This document shows positions 1 to 8,407 of a DNA stretch of 27,465 nt, one piece after another. The notes under the pieces were generated by a model. The model was not told the DNA's origin and ran no database searches. It saw only the letters and a list, made by a program, of their open reading frames with translations. Origin of the DNA: a virus (taxonomy: Duplodnaviria; Caudoviricetes). The stretch covers positions 1 through 27,465 of IMG/VR virus record IMGVR_UViG_3300035002_000023. One strand, written 5' to 3'. The position numbers were made by a program, and so were the translations under genes. How positions within the stretch are numbered: the stretch's first letter is position 1; each line of letters starts with the position of its first letter.

Positions 1-1572
1 ATGCCAGCGACGACCAGCGCGAGAGCAGCGAACCGCGCGACGAAGGGAGCGACAAGTAGCGCGAAGCGCCCAGACGCCCTGCGCGTTGCGCTGCACCCAA
101 AACAGTGGGTGGCGCTGCTCTCGCCGGCGACCGAGATCCTCTATGGCGGCGCGGCAGGTGGCGGCAAATCGCATCTGATGCGGCAGGCGGCGATCAGCTG
201 GTGTGCGGAAATTGCCGGCCTGCAGGTCTATCTGTTCCGCCGCATCCGCGAGGATTTGAGCAAGAACCACATGGAAGGCCCGTCGGGCTTTCGCGCCCTG
301 CTGGCCGGCTGGGTGGAGTGCGGCTTCGTCGTGATCGTCGAGGATGAGATCCGCTTCTGGAACGGCTCGAAGATCTATCTCTGCCACTGCAAGGACGAGA
401 AGGACCGCTTCAAGTACCAGGGCGCCGAGATGCACGTGCTGCTGATCGACGAGCTGACCCATTTCACCGAGGTGATCTACCGGTTCCTGCGCAACCGCGT
501 GCGGATGACCGGCATTGCGGTGCCGGAAAAATATAGCGGGCGGTTTCCCCGCATCCTCTGTGGCGCCAACCCCGGCGGCGTGGGGCACCAGTTCGTCAAG
601 ACGACCTTCATCGATGCGGCGGCGCCGCTCGACATTCACCGCACCAGCGCGACGGAAGGCGGCATGCTGCGCCAGTTCATTCCGGCGCGGCTCGAGGACA
701 ACCCCACGCTTACGACTGACGACCCGACCTATGAGGCGCGGCTCGAGGGGCTGGGGAGCGCGGCCCTGGTGCGCGCCATGCGGCACGGCGACTGGGACAT
801 TATCGATGGCGCCTTCTTCGACTGCTGGCAGACGCACCTGCATGTCATCGAGCCCTTCGCCATCCCCGCGGACTGGGCGAAATTCCGCTCCGGCGACTGG
901 GGCAGCGCCCGGCCGTTCTCGTTCGGCTGGTGGGCGATCGTCGGCGACGACACCAGGCACCCAGTGACAGGTGTGCTGCTGCCGCGCGGCGCGCTGATCC
1001 GCTACCGCGAATGGTATGGGTGCGAACCCGGCAAACCCAACAAGGGGCTGAAGCTCACCGCCGAACAGGTCGGCAAGGGCCTCGCGCAGCGCGAGACCGA
1101 AGCCGTGGGGCTGGGGGTGCTCGACCCGGCGGCCTTTGCCGAGGATGGCGGCCCCTCGATTGCGAGCCGCATTACCCTGGGCTCGGGCGACAAGCGGATC
1201 TTCTTTCGCGGCGCCGACAACAAGCGCGTGTCGCAGCGCGGCGCCATGGGCGGCTGGGACATGCTGCGCCAGCGCTTCGTCGGCACCACGCTCGATGAGG
1301 ACGGCAAGCCCAACCCCGAGGGGCGGCCGATGATCTATTGCTTTTCCACCTGCCGCGACTCGATCCGCACCATCCCGATGCTGCAGCATGACGCGGCGCG
1401 GCCCGAAGATCTCGACACCGACATGGAAGACCATGCCGCCGACGACTGGCGCTATGCCGCGATGTCGCGCCCCTGGGTGCGGACGAAGCCGGTGGCTGAG
1501 CCGGGCAAGGCGCGTTCGGGGTACCGGGCTGCGACGGGTGGCACCGGGCCGGGTGACTGGCAGAGTTATTGA
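1..1572 (+). CDS. terL: Terminase large subunit
   Basis: Walker A YGGAAGGGKS, Walker B LLIDE, coupling motif ANPGG, C-terminal nuclease acidic motifs (DWG; EDHAADDWRY); lies upstream of the portal. Confidence 0.95.
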   Translation: MPATTSARAANRATKGATSSAKRPDALRVALHPKQWVALLSPATEILYGGAAGGGKSHLMRQAAISWCAEIAGLQVYLFRRIREDLSKNHMEGPSGFRALLAGWVECGFVVIVEDEIRFWNGSKIYLCHCKDEKDRFKYQGAEMHVLLIDELTHFTEVIYRFLRNRVRMTGIAVPEKYSGRFPRILCGANPGGVGHQFVKTTFIDAAAPLDIHRTSATEGGMLRQFIPARLEDNPTLTTDDPTYEARLEGLGSAALVRAMRHGDWDIIDGAFFDCWQTHLHVIEPFAIPADWAKFRSGDWGSARPFSFGWWAIVGDDTRHPVTGVLLPRGALIRYREWYGCEPGKPNKGLKLTAEQVGKGLAQRETEAVGLGVLDPAAFAEDGGPSIASRITLGSGDKRIFFRGADNKRVSQRGAMGGWDMLRQRFVGTTLDEDGKPNPEGRPMIYCFSTCRDSIRTIPMLQHDAARPEDLDTDMEDHAADDWRYAAMSRPWVRTKPVAEPGKARSGYRAATGGTGPGDWQSY

Positions 1573-1620
1573 GGTCCACGATTTGGGTGACCCTACGATC
1601 CGTCGGCGTGGCACCTCTTC

Positions 1621-1796
1621 CCTTCTCCCCTCAGGGGAGAAGGTGGCTGGCGGACGATGGCGAAGCCATCGCCGCGGGCCGGTTGAGGGGTGAAGCGGCG
1701 CAACACGCGCTCGCTGAGAGGCTGAACCCCTCACCCTAGCTCCGCTACGGACCTAACGGTCCTAGCTGCACTACCCTCTCCCCTGAGGGGAGAGGG
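1621..1796. repeat. REP/REPIN-like intergenic palindrome pair
   Basis: CCTTCTCCCC-TCA-GGGGAGAAGG at 1621-1643 and an inverted unit CCCCTCACCC...CCCTCTCCCC-TGA-GGGGAGAGGG ending at 1796; resembles alphaproteobacterial intergenic repeats. Confidence 0.85.
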
Positions 1797-1841
1797 TGCG
1801 CCGACTGCGCCGTCTGAACGTGACGTGATCCAGGAGTTCCG

Positions 1842-3794
1842 ATGAGCGATTTCGCCAATGCACCGGCTGCCGCCTCCCCTGCCCCGGCCACCGTGCCGGG
1901 TCGGTCGCTGGCGCGGTTGAAGCAGGATTACCTGAGCTATCTCGACGGCAAGCGCGGGGAGATCGACGAGCAGCAGGAAGCGCGGCGCTACTACCACGGC
2001 GCGCACTGGACGGCGAAACAGATCAAGACGCTGAATCAGCGCAAACAGCCGATCGTCACCTACAACCGCCTGGCGCGGAAGATCAACGCCGTGGTCGGAT
2101 TGCTCGAGCGGCAGCGCCAGGACCCCAAGGGCTATGCCCGCACGCCGCGCCACGAGGATGGGGCGGAGGTGGCGACCGCGGTGCTGCGCTATGTGCTCGA
2201 TGAGCAGCGTTGGCAGGAGAAGTCGCCGATCGCTGCGCTCAACGGCGCGGTCGACGGCATTGGCGGGCTCGAGCTGACACTGGAAGCCGGCGACCGCGGC
2301 GATACCGAAATCGGCTTCGAAGTCGTCGACCCTGCAGGGTTCTTTTACGACCCGACCTCGACCCGCGCCGATTTCTCCGATGCGGGCTATATGGGGATCG
2401 GCAAATGGGCCGATGCCAGCGAGCTGCTTGCGGCGTTCCCTGATAAGGAGCGCGAGATCGAGGCCTCGGTGGACCTGGGCTCCGAGCTCACCAGCAACCC
2501 CGACAGCGACGATAACTGGGTGATGGGCGACGAACACCACCGCCGTGTCAGGGTGATCGACCACTGGTACAGGCGCGGCAACCAGTGGTGCTTTGCCATC
2601 TATACCGGCGCCGCCATCCTCGCCGAAGGCGAGAGTTATCTGCGCGACGAGAAGCGCCGGACGCTCTGCAAGTATGTGATGTTTTCGGCCAATGTCGACC
2701 ATGACGGCGACCGCTACGGCTTCTTCCGCAACATGAAATCGGCGCAGGACGAGATCAACCAGCGGCGCTCGAAGGGGCTGCACACCAGCCAGTCGCGCCG
2801 CATCGTCATCCGCGACGGCCAGGGGCTGGAACCGGAAAAGATCCGCGCCGAAATGGCCCGCCCCGATGGCGTGGTGGTGGTGCCGGTGGGCGCCGAACTG
2901 CCGCAATTCGACGATGCGGCGCGCGGCGCCGAGCTCAGCGCCAATCTCGGTTTCCTCGAGGAAGCCAAGCAGGAGATCGAAAATTATGGCTTCAACCCGG
3001 CGCTGATCGGCTCGGGCATCCAGGACATGTCGGGCCGCGCCATCGCGCTGCAGCAGCAGGCGGGCGTTGCCGAACTCGGCCCGTATCTCCTCGGCTATCG
3101 CGGCTGGAAGCAGCGGGTCTATCGCGCCATCTGGAATGCGGTGCAGAGCCTCTGGACCGCCGAGCGCTGGATCCGCGTCACCGATGACGAGGGGTTGGGC
3201 AATTGGCTCGCCGTCAACCGGCTGGCCATCGACCCCACGACGGGTATCCCCACCATCACCAACGCGCTCGGTTCGCTCGATGTCGACATCATCCTCGACG
3301 AGGGGCCGGACACCGTGACCATGCAGGCCGACACCAACGAGTCGGTGCGCCAGGCGCTGGCCGCGGTCGGCCCGCTGCTGCAGCCGGCAGTGGCCGCGGC
3401 GGCGCTGGAAGTGCTGATCGAAACCTCCTCGATGCCGGCCTCGGCCAAGAAGAAGTTCCGCGATGCGACGCGGCAGAAGCCGCAGCCGCCCAACCCGCTG
3501 GAGCAGCAGGCGGCTATGCTGCAGCAGCAGGCGGCGATGCTGGAGCTGCAAGGTAAGGGGCTGCGCAATCGCAAGACCGAGGCCGAGACGGCAAAGCTGA
3601 TGGCCGAAGCCCAGGATATCGGCGCCGAACGGGCGGCCGAAGGGCTGGAGCAGCGGATCGATGCGGTGGAGCGGCAGGACGAACTGCTGGCCCGCCGCGA
3701 GGAGCAGGACGTCTGGCGCACCAACCGGCAGCTGGAGCTGGCCGGGCGAGCGTTACAGCTGCGGGCGGCTCAGGTGCGGGCGCAGGACGACTGA
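1842..3794 (+). CDS. Portal protein (P22 gp1-like)
   Basis: 650 aa after terL; motifs PIVTYNRLARKINAVVG and QDEINQRRSK; Q/E/A-rich helical C-terminus like the P22 portal barrel; RBS AGGAG upstream. Confidence 0.9.
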   Translation: MSDFANAPAAASPAPATVPGRSLARLKQDYLSYLDGKRGEIDEQQEARRYYHGAHWTAKQIKTLNQRKQPIVTYNRLARKINAVVGLLERQRQDPKGYARTPRHEDGAEVATAVLRYVLDEQRWQEKSPIAALNGAVDGIGGLELTLEAGDRGDTEIGFEVVDPAGFFYDPTSTRADFSDAGYMGIGKWADASELLAAFPDKEREIEASVDLGSELTSNPDSDDNWVMGDEHHRRVRVIDHWYRRGNQWCFAIYTGAAILAEGESYLRDEKRRTLCKYVMFSANVDHDGDRYGFFRNMKSAQDEINQRRSKGLHTSQSRRIVIRDGQGLEPEKIRAEMARPDGVVVVPVGAELPQFDDAARGAELSANLGFLEEAKQEIENYGFNPALIGSGIQDMSGRAIALQQQAGVAELGPYLLGYRGWKQRVYRAIWNAVQSLWTAERWIRVTDDEGLGNWLAVNRLAIDPTTGIPTITNALGSLDVDIILDEGPDTVTMQADTNESVRQALAAVGPLLQPAVAAAALEVLIETSSMPASAKKKFRDATRQKPQPPNPLEQQAAMLQQQAAMLELQGKGLRNRKTEAETAKLMAEAQDIGAERAAEGLEQRIDAVERQDELLARREEQDVWRTNRQLELAGRALQLRAAQVRAQDD

Positions 3795-3833
3795 GAGACG
3801 GCTTCAGCTGGGCGCGACTCTTCGCTGACAACC

Positions 3834-3988
3834 CGGTGCGCTTGGCGCCCCTCACCCTGACCCTCTCCCCAGAGGGGCGAGGGGACGATAGACGCGCCGG
3901 CAGTGCCACAACGCCCCCTCGCCCCTTCTAGCGGACGCAAGAGCGTCCGCGGGGGAGAGGGCTGGGGTGAGGGGCGCCAAGCGCACCG
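3834..3988. repeat. REPIN-like long hairpin
   Basis: Perfect 24-bp terminal inverted repeat CGGTGCGCTTGGCGCCCCTCACCC / GGGTGAGGGGCGCCAAGCGCACCG, with internal CCCTCTCCCC-type units and a GCGGACGC-AAGA-GCGTCCGC hairpin. Confidence 0.88.
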
Positions 3989-4011
3989 CTCCCCACCAAC
4001 AGTTTCCGTCC

Positions 4012-4114
4012 GCGCCACGATACGGCGCATGGGCTGCCGGCGCCCTCTGGCCGGTTTCGCTGCACTCTCCGCGACAGTGAGGGTCACGCCAATCGGACGC
4101 GATAGTCCGGGAGA
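4012..4114 (+). promoter_or_regulatory. Candidate structured translational leader of the scaffold gene (three RCGAYA-loop hairpins)
   Basis: GCGCC-ACGATAC-GGCGC (4012-4028), ACTCTCC-GCGACA-GTGAGGGT (4064-4084), TCGGAC-GCGATA-GTCCGG (4093-4110); the last overlaps the GGGAGA RBS. Confidence 0.5.
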
Positions 4115-4120
4115 CACGAG

Positions 4121-4885
4121 ATGAACGACACTGAAACGGTCGACGATACCGCCTTGTTCAATGCCACCGTCACGGGCGAGGCGCCCGTGGCCGAAGCAGA
4201 ACCGGTCGTCGCGCCGGCCGAACCGCGGCCCGAACCTGCCATTCCCCCGGCCCGGCTTCGTGAGGAAGCCGATGCAAGGCGGGCGGCGGAGCGGGATCGG
4301 GATGAGCTGAAGCATCGGCTCAGCCGGCTCGAGGCGCAGCTGCAGCCGCAGCACCAGGCGGCCCGGCCACCGGAATTCTGGGACAACCCGGATGAATGGG
4401 GCCGCTCGCTGGTGACCCCGATCCACGAGCAGCTGTTCCAGCAGCGGCAGGGCGTCTCCCGCCTCCTGGCGGAAGAAAAGCATGGGGCGGACAATGTGCG
4501 GGCGGCCTACAACGCGCTCGGGCAGGCCATGCAGGCCGACCCGGCGGTGCAGACCGATTACCTCCGCATCATGCGCTCGAACCACCCCTATGGCGAGCTC
4601 GTCGCCTGGCACAAGAAGCGCCAGGCGTTCGATGAGATCGGCAGCGACCCCGCTGCCTATCGCAACCGCGTGCTCGACGAGGCGATGCGGGACCCCGAAG
4701 TCCAGCAGCGTTTCCTCGCCCAGCTGCGTGGCGCCGCCCAGCCCAATATCGAGGCCCCCCGTCGTTCAGCCGTGCCGCACATCCCCTCGCTGCAAGGCAT
4801 CGGCACTGCCGCCGGCCCCGCATCCGCGGCCGGCGACCCCACCGATGCCGAGCTGTTCTCGGCAACCACCCGCCGGCGGCGCTGA
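4121..4885 (+). CDS. Capsid scaffolding protein
   Basis: Between portal and capsid; acidic/Pro-rich N-terminus, IPPARLREE followed by a coiled coil, low-complexity C-terminus ending in RRRR. Confidence 0.75.
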   Translation: MNDTETVDDTALFNATVTGEAPVAEAEPVVAPAEPRPEPAIPPARLREEADARRAAERDRDELKHRLSRLEAQLQPQHQAARPPEFWDNPDEWGRSLVTPIHEQLFQQRQGVSRLLAEEKHGADNVRAAYNALGQAMQADPAVQTDYLRIMRSNHPYGELVAWHKKRQAFDEIGSDPAAYRNRVLDEAMRDPEVQQRFLAQLRGAAQPNIEAPRRSAVPHIPSLQGIGTAAGPASAAGDPTDAELFSATTRRRR

Positions 4886-4923
4886 AGGCGCTGTAACCGG
4901 CTGAGCATCAGGACCATCAAGCA

Positions 4924-6126
4924 ATGGCTCTTTCTCCCAACCACCCCAATAATGAAGTGATCAAGTTCCGCCAGGATGTCGCCTACGACTTCCTGCGCTC
5001 GTCGCGCTTCGACGCCTATATGGGCGACGATTCCACCTCGGTGATCGTGCGCATGTCGGACCTCGAAGCCGACGGCAAGGAGATCCGCGTGCCGCTCGTC
5101 ACCCAGCTTTCGGGCGATGGCGTCGGCGCCGGCACCTTGCGCGGCAACGAAGAGCAGATCGACAGCTACGGCATGCCGCTCTGGGCCGACTGGGCCCGAA
5201 ACGCGGTGGCCAACAACCGGGCGCAGAACAAGGAATCTTCGTTCTCGGTGCGCTCGACGGCCCGGAGCCTCCTGCGTGGCTGGTCGAAGCGGATCGTCCG
5301 CGACGACCTGGTCGATGCGCTGCTGTCGATCCCCACCTCGGCAATGCAGGCCGGCCGCTTCGGCAATCCGGGCAACCGCGTCAACGGCATCAAGTGGTCG
5401 GCGGCCACCGCCGGCAACAAGAATGCCTGGGTCACCGCCAACCCCGACCGCGTGGTGTTCGGCTCGGCGCTCTCCAACTACTCGACCACCTTCGCGACCG
5501 CCGTGGGAAATGTCGACTCCGCCAACGACAAGATGTCTGCGGCGGTCGGGAGCCTGTTGAAGGACCAGGCCAAGCAGACCGGCGTCGACCCCAACAACCC
5601 CGGCGTCTACAACGGGCGGCCCAGGATCAACCCCTATATGGAGGCGGAGGGCGACCAGGAATGGTTCGTCTGCTTCCTCGGCGCCCGCGGTTTTCGCGAT
5701 CTGAAGGCCGATCCGGTGATGACCGCCGCGAACCGCGACGCCCGCAACCGCGAGAGCGGCGACCCGACCAAGACCAACCCGCTCTTTACCGGCGGCGCGC
5801 TGGTCTATGACGGGGTGATCTATGTCGAGATCCCCGAGATCACCCAGCGCCTGCTGCTGAAGGGCGCCGGCGCGGCGGGGATCGATGTCGAGCCGGTGTT
5901 CCTCTGCGGCCAGGGGGCGCTGGCCTACGCGCTCGGCCAGATGCCGCGCCCCACCACGCTCGAGGACGGCGACTACGACTTCGTCACCGGCATGGGCATC
6001 GAAGCCCAGTATGGGGTGGGCAAGATCGCCAAGGCCCCGCTGGCGGCGGGTGCCTCGGCGACCATCGGCAGCCTCGTCGACTGGGGCATGGTGACCGGGT
6101 TCGTCGCGGGGGTGGGTAACAGCTAA
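4924..6126 (+). CDS. Major capsid protein (DUF4043/N4-gp56-like)
   Basis: 400 aa after the scaffold; motifs GTLRGNEE, YDGVIYVE, FLCGQGALAYALG, EDGDYDFVTGMGI; strong GC3 codon bias. Confidence 0.88.
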   Translation: MALSPNHPNNEVIKFRQDVAYDFLRSSRFDAYMGDDSTSVIVRMSDLEADGKEIRVPLVTQLSGDGVGAGTLRGNEEQIDSYGMPLWADWARNAVANNRAQNKESSFSVRSTARSLLRGWSKRIVRDDLVDALLSIPTSAMQAGRFGNPGNRVNGIKWSAATAGNKNAWVTANPDRVVFGSALSNYSTTFATAVGNVDSANDKMSAAVGSLLKDQAKQTGVDPNNPGVYNGRPRINPYMEAEGDQEWFVCFLGARGFRDLKADPVMTAANRDARNRESGDPTKTNPLFTGGALVYDGVIYVEIPEITQRLLLKGAGAAGIDVEPVFLCGQGALAYALGQMPRPTTLEDGDYDFVTGMGIEAQYGVGKIAKAPLAAGASATIGSLVDWGMVTGFVAGVGNS

Positions 6127-6157
6127 GGCGGACTTTCCCGCACCGCCCTCTCCTGAT

Positions 6158-6311
6158 CCTCCCCCGCGTGGCGGGGGAGGGGGACCGCCGTAGGCGGTGG
6201 AGGGGGCGGCTAGACTCTCAGTCGCTCGTCGCGTTCGCTTCGATCGCACAACCTTCGGTTGCGATACCCCTCATCCGCCCTTCGGGCACCTTCTCCCTCA
6301 AGGGGAGAAGG
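6158..6311. repeat. Two REP-like palindromic units
   Basis: CCTCCCCCGC-GTG-GCGGGGGAGGGGGACCGCCGTAGGCGGTGGAGGGGG and CCCCTCATCCGCCCTTCGGGCACCTTCTCCCTCAAGGGGAGAAGG. Confidence 0.85.
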
Positions 6312-6383
6312 CAAAGCGGTGCCCCAAGCACAGCCGGCGCGTTCTTCTCCCAGATTCCAAACCTCACAAAAAGGAGATCGGCC

Positions 6384-6806
6384 ATGGCTGATCGTAACGC
6401 CTATAGCCAGCCGCAGGTTGGCAACCAGGGCTTTGCCCGGACCATGAAGTGCCTCGGCGCCGATGTGGCGCTGCTCGCCGGTGATCTCGCCCTCAACAAG
6501 ACCGTCGGCCTCTTCGTCGTGCCGCGCGGCTTCGTGCTCACCGGGCTCTCGGTGGTGGTGCCCGACCTCGACAGCAACGGTTCGCCCCTCCTCGCCTTCG
6601 CCATTGGCGACGCGGGCGACGATGACCGCTTCATCGCCACCGGCGCCACCACCGGCCAGGCCGGCGGCACCAATACGACGCTGGCGGCGACGGGCCTCAA
6701 CTACGAGTTCACCGCCGACACCGAGATCGCCTGGAAGACCACCGCCGCGGCCGCCACGGCCGTCGCCGGCACCATCCAGCCGCGCTTTTTCGGCTACATG
6801 AAGTAG
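6384..6806 (+). CDS. Putative capsid decoration/cement protein (140 aa)
   Basis: AAGGAG RBS then ATG at 6384 (the track's 6168 start runs through the REP); beta-rich, small-residue-rich; directly after the capsid gene. Confidence 0.6.
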   Translation: MADRNAYSQPQVGNQGFARTMKCLGADVALLAGDLALNKTVGLFVVPRGFVLTGLSVVVPDLDSNGSPLLAFAIGDAGDDDRFIATGATTGQAGGTNTTLAATGLNYEFTADTEIAWKTTAAAATAVAGTIQPRFFGYMK

Positions 6807-6813
6807 GCCCCGA

Positions 6814-7176
6814 ATGGCGAAGGTCACCTACCACGCGCCCCAGGGCGACAGCGAAGTGGTGAGCCTTTCGGGGCTCCGCTTCTTCGATGGCGAGCCGCGC
6901 GAACTCGACGACGCCGAGCACGCGGCGCTGCTCGAAAAGCTGGCCCACAACCCGCATTTCGAAGTCGTGGGCGCCGGCACCGCCGGCGCTCCACTCACCG
7001 TGCTCGACGAGACCGATCCGCCGCCGATCGGACTCAGGGCCATCCACAATGGCGGCGGGCGGTTCATCATCGTCCGCGGCGACAAGGACCAGAAGGTGCG
7101 GGATGGCCTCAACAAGGCCGAGGCCCACGCCTTCAACGCGCTGTCCGAGGCGGAGAAGCGGGCGTTTGTGGGTTAG
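6814..7176 (+). CDS. Small head-region hypothetical protein
   Basis: 120 aa with phage-like codon usage, between the decoration and adaptor genes. Confidence 0.7.
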   Translation: MAKVTYHAPQGDSEVVSLSGLRFFDGEPRELDDAEHAALLEKLAHNPHFEVVGAGTAGAPLTVLDETDPPPIGLRAIHNGGGRFIIVRGDKDQKVRDGLNKAEAHAFNALSEAEKRAFVG

Positions 7177-7249
7177 GGGCGGCGGTCGCCCTAACGGCCC
7201 CTCTCCCATAGTCGCAGTTGTCGTAGGGACGGGTCGGCGCGGAAAGAGT

Positions 7250-7352
7250 ACCCCCCCACCCTGTCCCTCCCCCGCAAGGGGGGAGGCGACCAAACACTGA
7301 CGCCGGTGAAAGCGTCTCCCTCCCCCTTGCGGGGAGGGACAGGGGTGGGGGT
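7250..7352. repeat. REPIN-like inverted REP pair
   Basis: CCCCACCCTGTCCCTCCCCCGCAAGGGGGGAGG ... CCCTCCCCCTTGCGGGGAGGGACAGGGGTGGGGGT in inverted orientation. Confidence 0.85.
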
Positions 7353-7429
7353 GCGTTTCCCGCACCGCTCTCTCAGCCCGTTCCGTGGCACCGCCGCCCG
7401 CTCACAGCCCTCCCACTCCAGGAGCCCCC

Positions 7430-7768
7430 ATGCCCAAAACCCGTCACGACCTCGTCAACCGCGCGTTGGCCGAACTCGGCGTCGTCGGCGCCGGGCAGAC
7501 CGCTGCCGCCGAGAATTTCGATGAGATCGACAAGGCCGTCGCCCCTGTCATGAGCGACCTCGCCACCCGCGACATCTGGGTGTGGGGCGACCCCGATGCC
7601 TATGACGACGATGCCTTCGACCACCTTGCGGTGCTCTTGGCCAATGCCCGGGCCCGCGCCTTCGGCCTGGCGCCCGACGAGCAGAAGCGGCTCCTCGCCG
7701 AACAGCGGCTGCGTGGCCTGAAGCCCACCATCCTCTCCGGCCGCACCCAGGAAATCGAGTATTTCTGA
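7430..7768 (+). CDS. Head-tail adaptor (P22 gp4 position), 112 aa
   Basis: AGGAG RBS, ATG 7430; N-terminus PKTRHDLVNRALAELGV typical of helical adaptors; ends IEYF with a TGATG overlap into a hub-gene start. Confidence 0.75.
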   Translation: MPKTRHDLVNRALAELGVVGAGQTAAAENFDEIDKAVAPVMSDLATRDIWVWGDPDAYDDDAFDHLAVLLANARARAFGLAPDEQKRLLAEQRLRGLKPTILSGRTQEIEYF

Positions 7769-7918
7769 TGCCCCCGATCCCCTGGCCTACCGGCCAGGGC
7801 GCCATGCTCGGTGCGCTGGGCGCCATTGCCGGCATCGCCGGCCGCGCTTTGCCGGCTTCGGCGGCAGCTCCGCCAACCCCACCACCCGCATGCCCGCAAA
7901 CTTCCAAGGACCCCGAAG
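7768..7918 (+). pseudogene. Deletion scar: first 9 codons of the hub gene fused to the 3' part of the gp7-like gene
   Basis: 7753-7794 matches 11985-12026 at 39/42 nt (MPPIPWPTG vs MPPISWPTG), then switches at CCGGC to match 14346 onward (QGAMLGALGAIAGIAGR vs QGAMLDALGTIVGIGGR). Confidence 0.85.
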
Positions 7919-8407
7919 ATGGCACTGAACTACCCCGGTTACGTCGTTCCGCAGCCCTCGCAGACCAAGCTCACCGATCTGCTCGACCTGTGGGACCAGG
8001 GCGTCACGCAAGGCAAAGCCGATCGCTACGAGCGCGAAGCGCCGCAGCAATTCGCGAACGCTGCAGCACCGCTGTCGCAGTTCGGACTGACGACGCCGCC
8101 CGATCAGTTGCGGGCGCTGTTCGCCAACCCCGAGACGCGTCCGTTCGCCGTGCAAATGGTGCAGGAAGCAACAGCGCGACGCGCTGCTGCCAACGATCCA
8201 CGGCTGCAGTTGCAGCTCGAGCAGTTGCGCGCCGAGTCGGCCAGATCGCCTCGACCCGGCGCTGCGGCAGCTTCCTACGCGCCAGTCCCTGCACCGCGCG
8301 AGGCGCGACCAACGCAAGCTGCACGGCTAAGCGTCGGCGCAATCGAAGGCGGCTACCGCTTTACCGGCGGCGATCCGTCCAACCCCGTCAATTGGGAGAA
8401 ACTCTAA
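7919..8407 (+). CDS. Short ejection/internal virion protein, module A (162 aa)
   Basis: ATG 7919 after AAGGA; first 91 aa 83/91 identical to 14557..14853; C-terminal GYRFTGGDPSNPVNWEK motif recalled from podovirus internal virion proteins; TAATG coupling to the next gene. Confidence 0.75.
   Translation: MALNYPGYVVPQPSQTKLTDLLDLWDQGVTQGKADRYEREAPQQFANAAAPLSQFGLTTPPDQLRALFANPETRPFAVQMVQEATARRAAANDPRLQLQLEQLRAESARSPRPGAAAASYAPVPAPREARPTQAARLSVGAIEGGYRFTGGDPSNPVNWEKL

Noticed and set aside
1731-6249. Long minus-strand ORFs (1731..3551, 3770..4612, 4657..6249)
   Set aside because: Antisense shadows of GC3-biased portal, scaffold and capsid genes, with no recognisable motifs.
1621-7352. CRISPR array or IS ends
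   Set aside because: The repeats are dispersed, differ from each other, lack regular spacers, and no cas or transposase gene is present; they fit REP/REPINs.
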